From Mobula hypostoma (lineage: Eukaryota): DNA of 64,000 bases. The DNA is taken from assembly GCF_963921235.1 (NCBI RefSeq), contig NC_086097.1, positions 157,172,001 through 157,236,000 of the forward strand, in the 5' to 3' direction. The translations under genes were made by a program, and so were the position numbers. Positions 51,641 through 62,945 of this stretch are shown here, piece after piece (positions within the stretch are counted from its first letter, which is position 1; each line of letters opens with the position of its first letter). The notes beneath the pieces are model-generated. The model did no database searches. It had not been told where the DNA came from and saw only the letters and a list, made by a program, of their open reading frames with translations.

Positions 51641-52842
51641 TGATGGAACGGTGTCCACCATCAAAAGCATACTTTTGTCCCATTTTGATCCAGTATCACA
51701 ACTTCCACTGCACACAAGTAACAGTTGTCCACAGGGGTGGATCTTGTAGTGACTATTGAGCTTCCTGAGCTAACCATTCCAATGCCATTTGGAGTAGACA
51801 GGTTCATGCTGATCTAAAGTACTCCATCCTGCTTTTGTATATTTGGGTAGTTTTTGCAGGTCTGAGGGAGAAGACTGACAGCAGAGACTGGAGGTCAGGA
51901 GAGCAAGTGAGAGACTGGCAAGGGAAGGATTGGGGGATCAGGAAGGCTAGAGAGATTTTAACACTGAGCTTGGAACTTAAAGGTTTAGGATGTGCTTCTC
52001 TTCCTCCCCAACCCCACCCCCCTTCACCCTATCTCCTTTAATTCAATACTAATGTGGCCCTTCCTGGATTGTCAGTTGTGCTGGACATCCATTGCCCAAG
52101 TTCTGGAAGTTACTGCCGATCAACTGAGCTCCTTGCTGAGTTAAAGCAAAGAGCTTCAGTACAAATGAGTTGAGTAACACGTTCTAAATTCATTTATTGT
52201 TTTTCCTCTTTGTTCTCCCTAGAAGTACTTCTATTTTGAAATATTCTGTATGAATGGCATGTAAGACAAAGTTACTCAATGTATCTTGATACATGTGACA
52301 ATAATAATCTAATTACCAATTAAGTGCAGGCTTTTTATTGATGAGTTTCTCAAAGGTCAGCCCAGAGGCACCATAGAAACAGACTATTGTCAAATTCCAT
52401 GGATTCAATGTCAGGCATCAGGAATAAATTATCAGCTCATTAGTTAAATTTAAAAGAATTAAATACATGACTATTAACATATCAGTTCCAACGGCACTTA
52501 GGAAAGGGAAAACTTTTACGGTACAATGCACAGAATAAATTTTTTTCAGCAAACGTGCTCAGAAACCTTAGAATTACTTTCATTTGGATTGTCATGTATT
52601 TTAATAATAATTGAAGTTGCATTCCATGTGAGGTATCCATTATAATATGTTATATGTTCACTGCAGTAAATAAGCTAATACCAATCTCCTGCCCTTTCCA
52701 TTGAAATAAGTAGTTTTAAATGTGCTCCTACAGTAAAAATAATTGAATATCTCTACATGAATTAAATATGTACAGTCACATAGATGACTCTCCACATTTC
52801 CTAAAAATAACCAGATTAATATCTATTAAATATTGCCTGCAG

Positions 52843-52947
52843 AATTGTAGATGTTTCCTATCAATCTGTGTTTGACTCACGGGAATCCAAAGAGAAATTC
52901 CCTTCGACCATCTCCAGACTGGGACTGAAGTTAATGCATACTTACAG
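52843..52947 (+). CDS. Candidate internal exon (105 nt, phase 2 to 2), unidentified protein
   Basis: Acceptor ttgcctgcag, donor CAG|GTAGGA; IVDVSYQSVFDSRESKEKFPSTISRLGLKLMHTY. Confidence 0.3.
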
Positions 52948-53932
52948 GTAGGAAAGTATCAATGTCAAGATTAATTGTATACCAATCTGAACATGCGATT
53001 TATGTTAACTATAAATAAGCATTTACCCTCAGGCAGGGTTTTTGAGGAGGATTTATAAAAATGCAGCTTGCAACATAAATATTACATTAGCTTCTTGATA
53101 ACTCCATCCTGATACCTACATTAAGCCAAAAGGTGACAAGCTAATTATTGTTTCTGATGTCTGATATTTGATGATGAACCGCAGCGATTACATTTTAATA
53201 TGTGTGAATAAACAATTGCTTTTTCATACCAGAAGCAATTTGCTAAATCAAATATCTTCTGCAAATTGTAACTGGCTTCATGGCAGTTTTTTTTTGAAAC
53301 AGGACACTCACCAAAAAATAACATTGTTACTTCACCAGGCAGTGAAAAGCACAAGAACGCAATTGGAGTAACTGTTCAGTGCAAATGGACCTGTTGAATG
53401 CATTCATGGTCAAATGAAGGACATCAGCAATAACAGGAATGCTCATCTACTACTCACTTTTACTTCCGATTTAAGCAAGTTTTAAAGATAAGATTAGAGA
53501 AGCCACAAAAGAGCCACAGGACCACAATGAGGAACAATGTATTACTGAGAAAATGTAAACAGCTCACTATAAATATATAGCTGGATGGTGAGGCTTCTTG
53601 TTCTAGTAATACGTTTGCACCAACAGAATGTTGCAAACTGGCAGCTGGATTGTCTCCGTTCTCAGGTGGGTTTCATTTACATTCACTCAGTGGCCACCGA
53701 ATAAATTTGTCACTGTGTGTACTATGTTCATGGTCTTATACTTCCATCGACTTCAGGGTTCAGTTCATTGTGCGTTCAGAGATGAACGGCACATCACAGT
53801 TGTAACACATGGTTATTTGAGTTGCTGTCACCTTCCTGTCAGCTTGAACCATTCTGGCCATTCTCCTCTGACCTCTCTCATTAGCAAGATATTTTCATCC
53901 ACAGAACTGCCACTCACTTTACATTGTTTTTT

Positions 53933-54172
53933 AAACGCAAACAACAGGAATTCTGCAGGTGCTGGAAATTCAAGCAACACACATCAAAGTTGCTGGTGAA
54001 CGCAGCAGGCCAAGCAGCATCTGTAGGAAGAGGTGCAGTCGACGTTTCAGGCCGAGGCCCTTCATCAGGACTAACTGAAGGAAGGTCTCGGCCTGAAACG
54101 TCGACTGCACCTCTTCCTACAGATGCTGCTTGGCCTGCTGCGTTCACCAGCAATTTTGATGTGTGTTGCGTG
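53933..54172 (-). mobile_element. Fold-back element made of inverted Penelope terminal repeats
   Basis: Near-perfect inverted repeat 53974-54169; flanking ac(a/g)ttgtttttt duplication at 53921-53932 and 54173-54184. Confidence 0.85.
54037..54072 (-). ncRNA. Minimal type-I hammerhead ribozyme motif
   Basis: AGUC-CUGAUGA-AGG(gccucgg)CCU-GAAAC-GUC-GACU: both core boxes, helix II, GUC cleavage triplet and helix I AGUC/GACU; helix III is reduced to palindromic ACGU. Confidence 0.75.
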
Positions 54173-54330
54173 ACGTTGTTTTTTGTCGCTTTTTGCACCA
54201 TTACTCTGTAAACTCTAGAGACTCTTGTGCACGAAAATCCCGGGAAGTCGGCATTTTCTGAGACGCTGAAACCACCTCATCAAGCACCAACTATCTTTCC
54301 ACATTCAGTCACTTTCTCCCCCATTCTAAT

Positions 54331-54557
54331 CACAAAATAATCTGCAGATGCTGGGATTAAAGCAACACTTACAGTACGCTGGAGGAACTCAGCAGGTCAG
54401 GCAGCACCGGTGGAAATGATGAGTCGACGTTCTGGGCCGGAACCCTTCGGTTCTGACTAAGGTCCTGACGAAGGGTTCCGGCCCGAAATGTCGACTCATC
54501 ATTTCCACCGAAGCTGCCCGACCTGCTGAGTTCCTCCAGCGTACTGTAAGTGTTGCT
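54331..54557 (-). mobile_element. Second fold-back Penelope-derived element with perfect 11-bp TSD
   Basis: Inverted repeat 54361-54557; TSD cccattctaat at 54320-54330 and 54558-54568. Confidence 0.88.
54461..54496 (+). ncRNA. Minimal type-I hammerhead ribozyme motif (one CpG-type change)
   Basis: GGUC-CUGACGA-A-GGG(uuccgg)CCC-GAAAU-GUC-GACU. Confidence 0.6.
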
Positions 54558-56452
54558 CCCATTCTAATGTTTGCCCTGAACTACAACTGAACCTTGACCA
54601 TGTCTGCATGCATTTATGCATTGAGTTGCTGTCACATGATCGTCTGATTAGATCTTTGCATTAACGAGCAGGCATCTAATAAAGTAGCCACTGAGTGTAT
54701 ATCAGAATAAATATAATTAAATTTTGAATCACTGCATAACAGACAATGTCCGTGGTGTTAGAGGTAGAGGAGAATGTGTGCCATTTTTTAAACTGATGCC
54801 TATGGATATTTAACTTGCATGGGATAATGAAGAATTAACTTGTAGCTCAATCACCATGAAAAATGAAAAGCGTATGCTAGGAATTTATTGTGCTTCCCGT
54901 AACACTATTCAATGGAGGGAGTTGTAGAGGGGAAAATGCACCATCACTAACACATAGTGTGTTCCCTGCTTTGGCTAGGAGCTGAATTTCTATGGACTAA
55001 TAAGGAAGTTTTACAAAGGCTGTAACTATTATTTGAGAAGTTTGGCAAGGTGAAGAAATCATGGCCAATTACAAAGTCATAAAGCAACACAGCACAGATC
55101 CAGGAACTTCAGCCCAATCAGTCCAGATGACCAATTTCCTGCATTCTCCATTATCTTCTGTTCTTTCAGTAGATTGAGTTAAACATTTTCATAGCTAAAG
55201 CAGCATTTGGAATTAATGAAACATACTGCCTGATTAAAACTATTCCAGTCAGAGGACATTTTGCCAAGAAAGAACTTGAAATATTCCTGGAAACAACTAA
55301 TAAAATTTGAGATCATATGAAAGGACAACCATCAGGGATAAAGTGCACGCTAGTCAACCACCAGAATCACTGAACTAGCCAAGCATAAATGAACATTTAA
55401 ATGTAAATTTGGAAGAACGTTTTGCATAATGTTTGTGCTTCCACACAGATACTTAATGACACTACAGTCCGGACACTTTAAGACCATGTTTTCAACTGCA
55501 TTTCATATTCACTTCATTAACATTCACAGTGAGAAAAAGGCACACTGTCATAAGTAAAGTAAATAATGATATAATTTCATCTTTGTCTCATTTGAAAATA
55601 CATAACACACTAATGGCATCCATTAGTGTAGAGAAAAGCCTAAGAGGTATTCCAGACCCATATCTTTAGAAACTGAGGCAATCTCGGGTCCCACCATGCA
55701 CTAATGGAACAGGCCTAACACGTAGTGAACATATTGAATGTTACAGAGCATACTACGAAATATAGTGTTTACATGTCCATTTTCTTCTCTCTGCTGCACA
55801 AATGCTCGGGACCATAGGACCAAAACACTGTAGGACAGAGGAGCAGAATAAGGCCATTTGGCCCATTAAGTCTGTTCTGCCATTGCACCGCGACTGATTT
55901 ATTATCCTTATCAACCTCATTCTCCTGCATTCTCCCCATTATCTTTGACCCCTCTTACTCAGACATCCCACCCTGCAAAATTTCATTTCAGGGAGGTAGC
56001 ACCTCCACCCCCTGCAACCCCATATCTCCACCCCCCCCCAACTCCCGGTCGACCTCCAAGGGTGTATATAATACTTTGTTTAGTGATCTTGTCTAATCTG
56101 TAAGCCAAGTTGGGTATATGCAGAAAATGTAACATTTAAAGTATGTACTTATATTATAATATCATGTTTATTCTTATTACAACTTTAAGCAAGTCTATAG
56201 GGAGTTTGGCCTCATCACGTAGGACATCAATAGAGTAGCTCCTTAGCAGCCAGCCAGCTAGTTTAAATAACATTAGCTATGCTAATGAACGAATGACACC
56301 TGTTAAACTCACCTCAACATGTCTTTTACATTTTAACCCACCATGGGCAATAGAAAAGTCACTGTTGCAAACAGTGCAGTGAGCAACACTGTCATTATTT
56401 TTGAGGTCGACTGTAAAGCCCGCCCACAGAGAAAACTGATAGGTTTTCTTTG

Positions 56453-57360
56453 CAGGGGTCCCCAACCTTTTTTGCACAACAGACGGTTTATCATTGACAA
56501 TATTCTTGCAGACCGGCCGACTGGGTGCGGGGGGCGGGGAGGAGGTGTTAATCACGACTGGAATATAAGTGATCAGTCAACTATAAGTCACTTGTAAGTG
56601 GCTAATACATTCAATTTCATTTCCAAAAGGGTTTATCGAACAAATTTAATATTAAACACACAGCGCATATTTTCCTCGCATGAATATAGTGGTAAGTCAA
56701 TTATAAGCCAATAGCATCATAACATTTTAAGTAACGTTTGGATATTAAACACACAGCACATATTTTCCTTGCGTGGATATAGTGATAAGTCAATTGTAAG
56801 TCAATAGCATCATAACATTTTAAGTAACATTTGGATATTGAACACACAGCGCATATTTTCCTCATATGAACATATAAAATCATTGCAACACAGCACTATC
56901 GCTGAATCAGTGGGAGCCCTGGACTTGTTTTCCTGCAACAGGACGGTGCCATCGAGGGGTGATGGGAGACAGCGATACTCGAAGGGGGTTCCTTGTGTCC
57001 AGTCTATTCCGCAATTTTGTTTTTGTTGCATTCATTGCAGAAAAGCCCACTTCGCAGAGATAAGTTGGAAATGGAAGCAACGTTTTCAGTGCATTCATGG
57101 CTATCAGGATATTCAGCCTTGACTTTGATCCAGAATGCCGGCATAGATGTTATGTCAAACATACTTTTCAGCCCGCCGTCATTTGCAAGCTCAAGGAGTT
57201 GATCTTCCCGCGCTGACATGGATGACCTGTGCGTAATGCCCTCATGTGCGTTCAAGATCAACAGTGCGTGACAGGGAATGAGGAAAGGTGCGGCTGACTC
57301 ATATCATTTCAGATCACCAAATCATATTGTTTCCTCGAGGCCCGGTGGTTGGGGACCACT
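56453..57360 (-). mobile_element. Charlie/Buster-type hAT derivative with the transposase dimerisation domain
   Basis: CAGGGGTCCCCAACC / GGTTGGGGACCACT ends; FWIKVKAEYP..ALKTLLPFPTYLCEVGFSAM..KTKLRNRLD..QVQGSH. Confidence 0.9.
56649..56875. repeat. 93-bp tandem repeat (about 2.4 copies) inside the Charlie-like element
   Basis: atatt(a/g)aacacacagc recurs at 56649, 56742 and 56835. Confidence 0.9.
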
Positions 57361-57896
57361 CTTAGCACGAAAAGAGACCAATCAGGATGCTCGCTCTCCC
57401 TCTCCCTCTCTTTCTCAAAAAAAATCGATTTCTGGGATATTGTATATAATTTCGGGCATCAGGGAGCCACTATCGATATGCGGGAGACTCCCGGAATTTC
57501 CAGGAGAGGTGGGATGTCTGCCCTTACTACTCAAAAACCTATCAACTTCTGCTTTAAATATACCCAATGACTTGAACTCCATAGCTGCCTGTGGCAATGA
57601 ATTTCACAGATTCACCACCATGTGACGAAAGAAATTCCTCTTCCTCCTCTCAATTCTAAAGAGATGTCCTAATATTCTGACGTTGAAGGGTTCAGACGAT
57701 ATGCTTCTACTTAACACTAACGTATATACTGTGTTTACTGCTTCAGGTCCAGCTATCGCTACTTTCACATTGTGGTTCAAGGTTGACTTCAAAGCCTTTC
57801 ACTTAAAGATCTAAACTGGTCACTTCAGAATTAGAATCACTCTATTACCAGTTTCTGAAACATACCAGAATTGATTGTGGTTCAGTGCCAAGCATA

Positions 57897-59449
57897 CAAT
57901 GATGCTAGAAAGTTTGTGAACCCGTAGAATTTTCTCTATTTCTGCATAAATATGAACTAAAATGTAAATGGATCTTCAAGTAAGTCCTAAAACTAGATAA
58001 AGAGAACCCGATTAAATAAATAACACAAAAACATTATACTTGTTATATTCATTCATTTGTTTATTGAAAAAAAAGATCCAATATTACATTTATTTCTTGG
58101 AGAAAGTATGTGAACCTTGATTTCAGTAACTGGTGTGACCCCCTTGTTCAGCAATAACTTCAATTAAATGTTTCCAGTGACTGTTGATCAGTCCTGCATA
58201 TCAACTTGGTGGAATTTTAGGCCATTCCTCCTTACAAAATTGCTTCAACTCTGAGATGTTGGTGGGCTTCCTTGCATGCATTGCTTGCTTCAGGTCCTTC
58301 CCCAACATTTCAATAGGATTAAGGCCAGGCCATTCCAAAACACAAATTTTCAATTCTGTTGTTGATTTACTCTTGTCTTGTGGATCATTGTCTTGTTGCA
58401 TTATCTAACTTCCATTAAGCTTCAGGTGATGGACTGCTACCTGACATTCTCCTGTTAAATATCTTGATACAATTTTAAATTCATTGTTCCCTTCATGATT
58501 GCAAACTTTCCAGGCCCTAAGGCAGCAAAGCAGCAGCAAACCATGATGCCCCTTCCACCATGCTTCACAGATGGGATTGATGTGCATTTGGGAGGTTTTG
58601 GTGTTGATGTGCAGTGTCCTTTTAGCATTATGCATTTCTGCCAAAAAGTTCAACTTCTATCCACAAAACACTGTTCCAGTTATTTTGTAGATTAGAACAT
58701 CCAGGTGGTCTTTTGCAAACTTGAGATGTATAGTAACGTTGGTTTTTATTTGGAGAGAAGGGGTTTCCTCCATGATGTCCTTCCATGAACACCATTCTTG
58801 TTCAGTGTTTTTCTTATAGTGGACACATGTACTGTTTAGCAAGTTCCAGAGATTACTGCAGGTCTTTTGCTGTTATCCTTGGGTTCCTTTTCACCTCTTT
58901 TAGCATTGCATGTTGTACTGTTGGTGTGATCTTTGCAGGATAACCACACCTAGGAAGGGTAGCAACAGTACTGAGTTTTCTCCATTTGTAGACAATTTCT
59001 CTTGCTGTGGACTGATGAACACTCAGGTCTTTAGAAATGCTTTTGTCGCCTTTTCCAGCTTCATGCATCTTTACAATGCTTCTTCTAAGGTCCTTTGAAA
59101 GCTGTTTTGATCGAGACATGGTGCACTAAACAGATCTTTTTCATAGGACAGCACCTGTACAACCCACACCTCCGATCTCATCTCATTGACTGGAACACCT
59201 GACTCCAAATAGCTTTTGTAGAAAGCATTACCCCAGAGGTTCAAATACTTTTTCCAACAAAATACATGTAATATTGGATAATTTTTCACAATAAATAAAT
59301 GAATAAGTATACTGTTTTGTGTTATTTATTTAATTGGGTTCTCTTTATCTAGCTTTTGGACTTGCGTGAAGATCCATTCACATTTAAGTTCATATTTATG
59401 CAGAAATAGAGAAAATTCTACAGGGTTCATAAACTTTCTAGCACCATTA
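57897..59449 (-). mobile_element. Full-length Tc1-family transposon with long TIRs (about 215 bp); transposase disrupted
   Basis: TA-flanked long TIRs; MSRSKQLSKDLRRSIVKMHEAGKG.KSISK.L.VHQST from 59119, and QQDNDP..LEWP..LNPIE..LKQFCKEEW. Confidence 0.95.
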
Positions 59450-59689
59450 TAAAACGTAGGACAATGCCATAATAGACAATATAATAGCAATCAACTATTT
59501 ACCAGACAGTAGTGCAAACAGCCATGAGAAAGCAACAATGGGCAGAATGGTCCTATGCACAAACATCAGTGATCAAACTGAAGCAAAGGTGAACTTATGA
59601 ACAGACTCAATAATTATCAACAAAACAAGAAGAGCAGGAAAGACCATTTAGTGGATGTTGTGCAGGGATAGTTAGGGTATTACTCCTGA

Positions 59690-60075
59690 GAGAGTTTTGT
59701 TGAGATGCTGGATAGCTACAGAACATAAAGTTTCAGAGTTGATATGTAGTCCTGGTGGTGATCGACCTGTAGTGTCTACCTGATGGCAATTTGCTGAATA
59801 GGTAACTGCTAAGGTAGCTGGAGTAAACAATAATATTTTCAGCTCTTTTCTTCAGTCTGGCAACTAACACGTTTATTAATGTTAGTAGTTGACAGCCGAT
59901 GATCTTCTCCGCTGACTGGTCCACTCGCTGCAACCTAGACTTGGAGAGGGAGAAGGCAGCGGGAAAACAAACGGCGATAGAGGTGATCACGACACTCTCA
60001 ATGATGGGTGAGTATAATGTCATCAGGATACGCCCTGAGATGTTAAGTTTCCTAAACTGGCATAGGAAGAAAAAT
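59690..60075 (-). mobile_element. Rex1/Babar 3' fragment
   Basis: YSPIIESVVITSIAVCF..RLQRVDQSAEKIIGC..LFSKLPSGRHYRSI. Confidence 0.8.
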
Positions 60076-60080
60076 CACAG

Positions 60081-60297
60081 AAACACCAGTGATTCTGCAT
60101 CACTGGAAATCCAGAGCAACACACACAAAATGCTGTAGGAACTCAGCAGATAAAGCATCATCCTTGGAGAAGAATAAACAGCTGACATTTTGGACCAACA
60201 CTTGATGAACTGTCTTGTCCCAAAACATCAACTGTTTATTCCTCTCCATAAGTACTGCCTGACCTGTTGAATTCCTCCAGCATTTTGTGTGTGTTGC
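60081..60297 (-). mobile_element. Older, diverged fold-back Penelope-derived element
   Basis: gcaacacacacaaaatgctg at 60116 pairs with cagcattttgtgtgtgttgc ending at 60297; central cttgatgaa..caaaacatc is a decayed hammerhead. Confidence 0.75.
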
Positions 60298-61109
60298 CAC
60301 TTCAGCACAGTGCTGAGGAGGGCTTGCACTGTTGATGGGGTTCTCTCTTAGATAACATGCTCTATTAAATGGTATTAAAAGCAGGGAAAATTTGCTGGGC
60401 AATATCTGTTATTCAATTAATCTTGAGGTAATGAAAAAGGAATAACTTGGTCAGTATCAGCTTACAGTGTTCCCTTCATTACAGCTGCGACAATATTGTG
60501 CAAGTGCCCTACTGGTAATGAAATACCAAGCAATGTTCTGAAAGGTGCGATATAAGCACAAGCCCAGCTTTTAATGACTTTATACTTAATTTTCTCAATC
60601 TACAGAGGCCATGTAAAGCAACCTTGCTGATCTGTAGTGTTTTATACCCACAATACATGACACTTTTTTTTGGAAAGAGGGTTTGCTCTGCAAAGCAATA
60701 GATTCACAGTGTGATGGTACTGACCAAACGACTTCAACTAATTCTGTACTGCATGACCAGGAAGAGCAGAAATTTCTGTATATTTGTCTCAGTTACTTGA
60801 CATCACCTTAAAGTCTTCTACTGCCAGAAGAATATTGCTGACCTCAGAACACAAAACACACATTCGTCAGAAGGAAGCAAGGATTAAAAGAGTTAATGTA
60901 GAATGATGGTTTGCTCAAACTTTTCCCCTTGACTACAGAACAATAAGAAGTTATGCAACAGTAATGCCTAAGTTGTTAAAATATTTGATAGGGTGGCTGA
61001 AGAAAAATTAATTTGATGAGGTGAAATTTGGAGTATTGTGTGCAATATTCTTTGGTTTCTCTTCAGATGATGTAAACCTTTCTGGGCACCTACATACAGG
61101 AAAGAGCAC

Positions 61110-61590
61110 AGGGCAAAATCACAAGGGTGTTGCCAAGGCATGAGGACCTGAGCTATAGGGAAGGTTGAATAAGTTAGGCCTTTATTCCCTGGAGTTTAGG
61201 AGAATGGGGAGAGATTTCATGGGTATACAAAATTATGAGGCTTGTAGACAAGTTAAATGTAAGCATGCTTTTACTGTATCACTGAGGTTGGATGAGACTG
61301 GAATAAGAGGTCATGGGGTCTAGATGAAGTACTTAAGGAGAATCTGAAGGGAAATTTCGTTACTCAGAGGATGGGGCAAGTCTGGAATGAGCTGCCAGTG
61401 GAAGTGGTGGATATAGGTTCTATATCAACATTTAAGAGAAGTTTGTCTAAGTACATGGCTGGGATTGGTACGGAGGGCTATTGACCAGATGCAGGTCAAT
61501 GGGGCTAGGCAGGTTAACAGTTTGGCAACAACTGAATGGGCTGAATGATCTTTTCTGCATTGTAGTGCTCTATAATTCAATGACTCAATA
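61110..61590 (+). mobile_element. CR1 3' fragment
   Basis: gagctatagggaaggttg..tggaatgagctgccagtggaagtggtgg..tgggctgaatgatcttttctg. Confidence 0.8.
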
Positions 61591-62812
61591 ATTCCTCTTT
61601 TGGGGTAGCCAGGAAAGATGGAATAAAAATAAAAAACAAAACCAGAGCAGCTAAGGAATCTCAAACAAGTGGTGATTGAATAGTTAAATTCTCTTCCTAC
61701 TTCTAACAGCTAGGTTATTTGAAAATTGTAACATTTCAGTGATAATGATTTATTTGTTGAGAATTTTAGGTTTAGGGATAGGTGGGATGAAATGGTTCTC
61801 AGCCATGAATTGGATGGTAGGGCCAGGATGATTCTCCTATTCTGATTAATTCTTCCCTTGTTTGGATCCTGTACTGAATGACCATTTGTGTTTCTATTGT
61901 CCTAAGCAAACTTCATAATGTTACAAATGCAAAATAATCAGATAGAGAAGAATTGATTTTTATATTTATAGAATGTACTTAAACCTGGATTTGTATTTAA
62001 AATTGTAAAGAACAAATTTTAAACAAAGTTACTCTAAAATTCTTTGATTAGTATTTCCATGAGGACAATTGCTTTCTAATACACTTCCATGTATGACTCA
62101 GGCAAGTCTGTTGTATTTCTTATTCACGTGTGACGTGCAGTGATCACTGGCCAGGTGAATACTATTGGCCTCGAGAAGATATTGATGATTTGCCATTTTG
62201 AAATGATGTAGAAAGCATGATACTAGTATGCGATAGGGAGTTCTAGGATTTTAGCTCAGTGAGAATGATGAAACAGTGAAAAGTTTCTAGGTTGGGATAG
62301 TTTGTAACTTGCAGGGAATCTTGCAAGTGATGGTGTTAACATGTTTCTTCCATTCTTATCTTTCTTGATGGTAGATTTTGGAGGCTACTATCAAAAATAT
62401 TTTTGATTTCCTTCAAAGTAGGTTGAAAAGTATGAATGCTTGAATGATTAAAGGAATGCGAATTGAGTGGGAAGTTTTATACAGTACTATTGGATACTAG
62501 TTTATTGGATGCATTAGCGGTCACATTCCTGTAGAGGGCATTCCGTCATATAACTGTCTTGTGCCTTGTAGATAGTGAAAACCATGGAAAGCCAGAAAGC
62601 AAGTCATTTATGACTGGATAACTAGCTGTCTTGTAGTTAATTGTGATTTACAGGATTCTGAAGTGGCACTGATATCATTGAACATCTGGCTATATCCACA
62701 GAAAGACTGTCAAGTGCAACTTTAATGGAGCTGGATGGTTGGACAGTGAGGGCATTTTATTTTGTGAGAGAACAATATACTTAAAGAACCTGCTAGCTGT
62801 GAGAACTGGATT

Positions 62813-62945
62813 GGTCCTGATGAAGGGTCTTGGCCCAAAACGTCAACTGTACTCTTTTCCATAGATGCTGCCCAGCCTGCTGAGTTCGTCCACCATTTTG
62901 TGTATGTTGATTGTATTTCCAGCATCTGCAGATTTTGTCTTGTTT
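62813..62945 (+). mobile_element. Solo Penelope terminal repeat with a hammerhead motif (GAAA mutated to AAAA)
   Basis: ggtc-CTGATGA-agggtcttggccc-AAAAC-GTC-aact followed by the family body and the ccagcatctgcagatt tail. Confidence 0.8.

Larger units (their letters stand above)
53684..54697. mobile_element. Non-autonomous Tc1 element (16515 family) with two fold-back insertions
   Basis: cactcagtggccac ... taataaagtagccactgagtg|ta. Confidence 0.8.
55960..57520 (-). mobile_element. hAT element (25084 family) with a BED-finger exon remnant
   Basis: TIR CAGACATCCCACC, 8-bp TSD ctcttact/cccttact; VAHCTVCNSDFSIAHGGLKCKRHVE followed by GTGAGT. Confidence 0.9.
55810..57685 (-). mobile_element. CR1 3' end hosting nested hAT elements
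   Basis: ggagcagaataaggccatttggcccatt terminus; PQAAMEFKSLGIFKAEVDRFL resumes after 57520. Confidence 0.75.

Noticed and set aside
53914..54211. Nearly identical 95-aa ORFs on both strands
   Set aside because: A trivial consequence of the DNA palindrome.
53933..54557. Integrated viroid-like element with active ribozymes in both polarities
   Set aside because: Only one arm per element has a near-complete core, and the sequence is homologous to Penelope terminal repeats elsewhere in the window.
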